A stretch of 22,444 nucleotides of DNA from Promethearchaeota archaeon (GTDB lineage: Archaea; Asgardarchaeota; Lokiarchaeia; Sigyniarchaeales; SOKP01). Position numbers and translations under genes: made by a program. Where the stretch lies: the NCBI GenBank assembly GCA_016839585.1, contig JAEOTZ010000069.1, positions 1 to 22,444 on the forward strand, written 5' to 3'. Under the pieces are notes generated by a model that searched no databases, was not told where the DNA came from, and saw only the letters and a list, made by a program, of their open reading frames with translations. Positions 17,724 to 22,444 of the stretch are shown piece by piece (position 1 is the stretch's first letter; every line of letters begins with the position of its first letter).

Positions 17724-17828
17724 AATGATTTGAATATATTAATTTTCCATAAAAATTCGAATAAATTAAGGAATCTATCATTTTAGATAAGTTTTATTAT
17801 TCTAATTAAAAAAGATGATAATTAAGTA

Positions 17829-19157
17829 TTAAAAAAATTTAAGATATTCATAAGCTTTACTGGGAGTTTGAAAGCAATATTTAATTTCTTGAAAGTCCTT
17901 TCTAAAATCAGCTACTTCGTCTTTAACCTTTTTTGGATCTTTTTTATCTATTATTAAATTTTCGAAAAACTCAGCAATATCTGTCATTTCACTTTTACCC
18001 ATGCCGAGTCTTGTAACTTCAGATGTTCCTAATCTTAATCCTCCTGGATTTTGATAATGTCTACCTTCTGCGATATCGTAGGGTAAAAGATTACGATTGA
18101 TTATAATATTTGCTTCTTCTAATAATTTTTCGATATCTCCCCCTAACCCAATAGTTTTCTCATAATCAGTGATATCCACAACAATTTGATGAGATTCCGT
18201 AAAGCCCTTATGTTCCATTAACACTTTTAATCCTCGTTCATGTAACGCGGCTCCCAAGGCTTTAGCATTTTCGATGACATTTTTATGATATTTTTGACCG
18301 AACTCAAGCATCTCAGTTAGTGTTATGGCTAACCCCGCAACATTATGGAGATGGTGATTAGATAATAAAGCTGGAAAAGCGCAAGATCTTAATGTCTCAA
18401 TTAAATCTTCTCTATTCGATACTAGAGCACCATGCTGGGGACCTGGAAGTGTTTTGTGTGTACTCATTGTCATTGCATCAGCGCCCTCTCTTAGAGGATC
18501 TTGAAAAAAGCCTGAACCAATCAATCCTGCAACATGGGCTGCATCATAACCTACAGAAGCTCCAACTTCTTTAGCAACATCACCAAGCTCTTTTACCGGA
18601 TGTGGAAATAGGAAAACAGATCCACCAAATAGTACTAAGTCTGGTTCAAATTCTCTTATAATTTTTGCAGAAGCATCAATATCAAGATTCATCTCATCAT
18701 TATCAAAAGCAAGATATTCAATATTTAATCCTCTTGTAGTTCCAGCTGTGCCAAAGATCTCTCGTCCACTTTTAGCAAATCGTGGACCATGTGAAATATG
18801 ACCTCCCCGAACAATTGACATGCAACACATTTTTCCATTATTATCTGACGTAAAGGCATTGTACATAACTAAATTTGCTACAACTCCCGAAACTGGACGA
18901 ACATCCGCATGAATACAATTAAAATACTCTTTAGCAAGGTCCATACAAATATCTTCTACTTGGTCTATATACTTACACCCTGCATAAACACGTTGTCCAC
19001 TCCATCCTTCTGCATACCGATGACTAAAATCACAACAACAAGCTTCATCTACAGCTGGACTGGTGATATTTTCCGAAGCGATTAATGGAATGCTATTTTT
19101 AAACCAATCATGATGCTCCATCAAAAGTTTTCGGATTTCATGTACTTTCTTACTCAA
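17829..19157 (-). CDS. glyA: Serine hydroxymethyltransferase, archaeal type
   Basis: LIASEN, RYAEG, SGVVAN, GGHISHG, YDAAHVAGL, STHKT (PLP lysine), SNHH, GLRLGTSEVTR. TTG start. Confidence 0.97.
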   Translation of the reverse strand: MSKKVHEIRKLLMEHHDWFKNSIPLIASENITSPAVDEACCCDFSHRYAEGWSGQRVYAGCKYIDQVEDICMDLAKEYFNCIHADVRPVSGVVANLVMYNAFTSDNNGKMCCMSIVRGGHISHGPRFAKSGREIFGTAGTTRGLNIEYLAFDNDEMNLDIDASAKIIREFEPDLVLFGGSVFLFPHPVKELGDVAKEVGASVGYDAAHVAGLIGSGFFQDPLREGADAMTMSTHKTLPGPQHGALVSNREDLIETLRSCAFPALLSNHHLHNVAGLAITLTEMLEFGQKYHKNVIENAKALGAALHERGLKVLMEHKGFTESHQIVVDITDYEKTIGLGGDIEKLLEEANIIINRNLLPYDIAEGRHYQNPGGLRLGTSEVTRLGMGKSEMTDIAEFFENLIIDKKDPKKVKDEVADFRKDFQEIKYCFQTPSKAYEYLKFF

Positions 19158-19360
19158 ATTTATTCAAATCCTTTTTTATTTTATTTTAAATATTAATAAA
19201 ATAATAAATTATCAATTTTTTTAAATCTTATGTCAAAAATTCGAGTTTTAAGCTGCACTATTATGTTCTAAATTTATCAACTAATTCAAATATTAAGATA
19301 ATTCAAAAAGAATAAAGTTTTTTAAGAATTGATATTAATTTAAGCAGTAATTTTACAGAA

Positions 19361-20278
19361 TTATCCTTTAGATTTTTCTAAAATTAATCTTGCTTCATAT
19401 AAATTTAATTTTTTTCCAGCTTTTTGTTTTTCTAGAGCTTTTTCTAATTTATCTTGTTTTAATTTTTCAAGTAATTCATTCTTTTTAGATCTTGGAGTAT
19501 ATTTTTTAACAGGCTTTTTGCTTGCGTAGTAAGGTCGTTTGCCTTTAGAAATTTTTCTTCTTTGATTCATTAATTTCAAAAATTGTTCATGATAATGATC
19601 AGCTGCTTTTTTATTTTCTATTAGCTCTTCCTCCATTCTTTTCTTTTTTTCTTTTAAGGCATTTACTCTTTGGAAGAGATCTTGCATTTTAGCGTGATTT
19701 TCTTGTGATTTGTTTGACCATTTATTTAATTGTTCATAGATTTTGCTTAAATTAATTTTTACTATCTCAATTTTGCGTTCAAGTTTAAAGAGATCACTGT
19801 TTATCTGTTCAGCAAGATATTCTTGTTTCATTTCAGCTAATTTTCTGATATTATCAATAATAGCATTTTCTTCAGCAATGTTGAGATTTTCTGTTTCAAT
19901 TTTTCTTTCTAAATTATCAATTTTGCGTTCAATGTGTTTAATAGAAATAAAATTTTTTGAAGCCTTACCCTCATCAGTAGATTTTTGAATTTTATTCTTT
20001 TCCCCTATAAAATTGTCTAATAAGTTCTTATACTCTATTTTTTTCTCTTTTAATTTCTTTACTTTATTATTCCAATAATCTCTTTTTTTTCTATATTTTT
20101 CCTTTGCAATTTTTAAAGTATTATTGATATCTATCTCAACATCTTGTAATGCATTGATAAAATCCTTTGTTTTTTTATTTAAATCATCTCTTTTCTGTCT
20201 AAAATCTTCAATTTGATGTTGAAGGTCCCTAAAGGATAATCTAGAGCTTTGAGAATTATTGGTTTTATCCTTACTCAT
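19361..20278 (-). CDS. Archaeal coiled-coil protein (COG1340-like)
   Basis: Long heptad K/E-rich sequence with KRDDLN, RDYWN, IETENLNIAEE, SQENH, ADHYH and C-terminal KAGKKLNLYE. Start set at ATG 20278 (MSKDK); the upstream 35 codons look like AT-rich promoter DNA. Confidence 0.75.
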   Translation of the reverse strand: MSKDKTNNSQSSRLSFRDLQHQIEDFRQKRDDLNKKTKDFINALQDVEIDINNTLKIAKEKYRKKRDYWNNKVKKLKEKKIEYKNLLDNFIGEKNKIQKSTDEGKASKNFISIKHIERKIDNLERKIETENLNIAEENAIIDNIRKLAEMKQEYLAEQINSDLFKLERKIEIVKINLSKIYEQLNKWSNKSQENHAKMQDLFQRVNALKEKKKRMEEELIENKKAADHYHEQFLKLMNQRRKISKGKRPYYASKKPVKKYTPRSKKNELLEKLKQDKLEKALEKQKAGKKLNLYEARLILEKSKG

Positions 20279-20458
20279 AAATAAATTCATTAAAGAATAT
20301 TTATAAAAAAGAATTTTATAAATGTAGTTAAGTATGACAATATAATATTTTTTATATATTTTTTGTAAATAAACTAATGACAAAAGAAACCATATGGTAA
20401 AAAATTAAAGATTTGTAAATATATTAGAAATAAATGAAAAATTTGTTTAAAAAATATT

Positions 20459-21325
20459 ATGGACGCAAATTTAGTAAAAGAAAATGATTTAGTCTTCTTA
20501 ATCCTTGATGATAGAAGAAGATGGTTAGTTCAAGTAAAGCCAGGTGGTAATTTTCATACACATAGAGGGATTATTGAATTTGATGATATTATTGGAAAAC
20601 CTTTTGGGTCTGTAGTTTTCTCTAAACCATATGAAAGTCAAGGATATAAATTTTATATTTTAAAACCCTTACCTTCTGATTACGTTCTTCATATGGCACG
20701 AAAAACACAAATAATTTATCCAGAAGATGCTGGTTTAATCATAATTTATTCAGGGATTGGACCTGGAAGTATCGTTATTGAAGCTGGCTGTGGTTCTGGA
20801 AGTCTAACTTGCATTTTAGGAAATTATGTAAAACCAAGCGGTCATGTGTATTCATTTGATATTCGTGAAAAATCTCTTAAAAGAGCTAAAAAGAACATTA
20901 TTAAAGCTAACTTACAAGATGTTATAACTTTACAATATGGAGATATATTAGAAGATATTTATGAATACAGAGATATCGATGCTATTGTTTTAGATATAGC
21001 AACCCCTTGGAAAGCCGTGGAGAAAGTTAAAACCTATTTAAAACTAAGTGGGATATTGGTTTCTTTTTCCCCTACAATTGAGCAAGTAAAAAAAACTACT
21101 TTCGCAATGAGAAATAATGATTTTGTTGAAATAAATACGTATGAATTATTGAAAAGAAGAATACAAGTTAAAGAAAATGCTACTCGTCCAGAAATAAGAA
21201 TGATAGGGCATACAGGATACTTAACTTTTGGTAGAAAAATTAAAAATGTCAAAAACCCTTATCGAGAAATAAAACCAAAAATGAAAGAATATGTTAATTT
21301 TAATGGAATGCCATTAAGAAGTTGA
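20459..21325 (+). CDS. trmI: tRNA (adenine57/58-N1)-methyltransferase, GCD14/TrmI family
   Basis: FHTHRG, RKTQIIYPED, IEAGCGSGSL, VLDIATPW, FSPTIEQ, TRP, IGHTGYL. Confidence 0.95.
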   Translation: MDANLVKENDLVFLILDDRRRWLVQVKPGGNFHTHRGIIEFDDIIGKPFGSVVFSKPYESQGYKFYILKPLPSDYVLHMARKTQIIYPEDAGLIIIYSGIGPGSIVIEAGCGSGSLTCILGNYVKPSGHVYSFDIREKSLKRAKKNIIKANLQDVITLQYGDILEDIYEYRDIDAIVLDIATPWKAVEKVKTYLKLSGILVSFSPTIEQVKKTTFAMRNNDFVEINTYELLKRRIQVKENATRPEIRMIGHTGYLTFGRKIKNVKNPYREIKPKMKEYVNFNGMPLRS

Positions 21326-21332
21326 GATATTT

Positions 21333-21668
21333 ATGGAAATTGAATATGAAGATTTTATTAAATTAGATATAAGAGTTGGACTAATAAAGAGCTGTGAAAA
21401 AGTCCCTAAATCAAGGAATCTCTATAAATTGATGGTGGATTGTGGTGAAAGTAGTCTTAGACAAATTTTGACTGGAATTTCATTGTATTATCCCCCTAAA
21501 GAACTAGTTAATGAAAAAATTGTTGTATTAACTAATTTAAAACCAAGAAAAATCATGGGTGTTGAAAGTCAAGGAATGTTACTCGCAGCTGACTTTAACA
21601 ATGAACCATTTTTATTGAAAATTGATGAGAAAAGGAGTACCATCCCTCCGGGATCTAGAATTAAATAG
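21333..21668 (+). CDS. tRNA-binding OB-fold protein (Trbp111/CsaA/MetRS C-terminal domain)
   Basis: DFIKLDIRVG, LYKLMVD, RQILTGI, NLKPRKIMGVESQGMLLAA, PGSRIK. 7 nt downstream of trmI. Confidence 0.93.
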   Translation: MEIEYEDFIKLDIRVGLIKSCEKVPKSRNLYKLMVDCGESSLRQILTGISLYYPPKELVNEKIVVLTNLKPRKIMGVESQGMLLAADFNNEPFLLKIDEKRSTIPPGSRIK

Positions 21669-22091
21669 TCAAAAACCTTTGAGTTGGGTTCCAACTTTAA
21701 AATCTTTCTTTTTCTTAAATTTTTCAGTTTTGAAATAGTGCCTCTTTTTTTCTGGCAAGATATCAACATATTTTCTTAGTACATCTTCAATGTATTCTTT
21801 AGTTTGCTTATTACTTGTAATTTTATTAGGATTAGATAAAAATTCTAATATCTCTTTATTTTTAGAATCATCTGGTATGCCTAAGTTTTTAATAGGAATA
21901 TGGACAGAATGCAAAAACCAACCAGATGATTGATCATCATGAGCAGACACTTTCAATATATTTGCAACTTCCTTACGAATTTTTATATCAATCAATTTTT
22001 TTCCAGTACGGACTATTATAGAAGCGTATTCTGGGATCTTGTTTTTAGGATCGTGAATTTTTTTCAAGAATTCCTTTAATTTCTCGCTCAT
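21669..22091 (-). CDS. Hypothetical basic protein, 140 aa
   Basis: ATG-initiated ORF filling the gap, stop abutting the Trbp111 stop with no spacer; no recognised motif. Confidence 0.65.
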   Translation of the reverse strand: MSEKLKEFLKKIHDPKNKIPEYASIIVRTGKKLIDIKIRKEVANILKVSAHDDQSSGWFLHSVHIPIKNLGIPDDSKNKEILEFLSNPNKITSNKQTKEYIEDVLRKYVDILPEKKRHYFKTEKFKKKKDFKVGTQLKGF

Positions 22092-22212
22092 TGTTAAATT
22101 ATGAAATTTAATTATAGCATATCTTATTAAAATGGATAAATTAGAATTAATAAAAAAACTTTTTAAAAAAATTTTTTAATAAAAAATTTCTATTGTATCT
22201 AGAGGTGTTACA

Positions 22213-22444
22213 TTGAATTCATGTGAGCTTGTTGAACCAATTGAACAATACCTTAAAAAGAAAATTTGTCTTTTAGGGGGAACTGAGTTATATAAAAATG
22301 AATTTCAGAAAAAAATAAGTTCAAATTGTCTTCCTATAGAAAATAAGGAGAACATAGGTGTAAATATAAGCAGAATTGAACATTTCTATCAATTAACTAA
22401 AAAACATCAAAAATTTGAGTTTCTTTTATGGAATATAGATTGTA
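22213..22444 (+). CDS. Partial (3'-truncated by window) Rab/Ras-like small GTPase-fold protein with degenerate G motifs; absent from ORF track
   Basis: SD GAGGTG at 22202-22207 and TTG at 22213. Manual translation: MNSCELVEPIEQYLKKKICLLGGTELYKNEFQKKISSNCLPIENKENIGVNISRIEHFYQLTKKHQKFEFLLWNIDC. KICLLG, IGVN and FLLWNI match the Rab beta1, switch I and beta3 positions and spacing. Confidence 0.72.
   Translation, partial: MNSCELVEPIEQYLKKKICLLGGTELYKNEFQKKISSNCLPIENKENIGVNISRIEHFYQLTKKHQKFEFLLWNIDC

Noticed and set aside
20279-20383. Hydrophobic/Tyr-rich N-terminal extension of the coiled-coil ORF as a membrane anchor
   Set aside because: The composition (Y, I, K, L, N) is what AT-rich intergenic DNA translates to; the region is likely the divergent promoter shared with trmI.
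2518-21769. Short antisense/overlapping ORFs in the track (2518-2715, 5119-5313, 5343-5567, 5639-5842, 5673-5918, 7588-7890, 12219-12413, 12719-12958, 13104-13373, 13222-13485, 13879-14154, 18392-18574, 19743-19988, 21034-21252, 21569-21769)
   Set aside because: All lie opposite or across well-supported genes and show no recognisable motifs; treated as shadow ORFs.
22132-22179. 15-codon ATG ORF in frame with the GTPase-like gene, possible read-through or pseudogene start
   Set aside because: It ends in tandem TAA TAA within A/T homopolymer DNA, and the downstream TTG has its own strong SD.
1-22444. tRNA, rRNA, CRISPR array, SECIS element or IS element
   Set aside because: Intergenic gaps are short and AT-rich, with no GC-rich stems, regularly spaced repeats or transposase motifs, and no TGA-interrupted gene was noticed.

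Overview
Very AT-rich archaeal chromosomal segment, most likely from an Asgard archaeon of the Lokiarchaeia (inferred from the rpoD-eL18-uL13-uS9 cluster, archaeal-type SHMT, TrmI and Clp1, low GC, and a Rab/Ras-like ORF). It mixes housekeeping genes (aroC, aroA, rpoD, three ribosomal proteins, glyA, trmI, Trbp111) with an accessory left half: a TaqI/Eco57I-like adenine methyltransferase, hydrolases, a GNAT, FmdE, a Mut7-C RNase and several small Cys-rich or acidic proteins. The best candidate for an undescribed system is a tight two-gene operon (4112-6718) of a circularly permuted ATP-grasp ligase and an M14/AstE-like zinc carboxypeptidase, a possible peptide-tag writer/eraser pair. A stand-alone PARP/LIM-like zinc finger and a highly acidic Cys4 protein lie nearby. 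An ORF missed by the track at the right edge (22213 onward) looks like a Rab-like pseudo-GTPase with G1, G2 and G3 all degenerate. No tRNA, rRNA, CRISPR array or mobile element was seen. All family calls come from motif recognition by eye; no searches were run.
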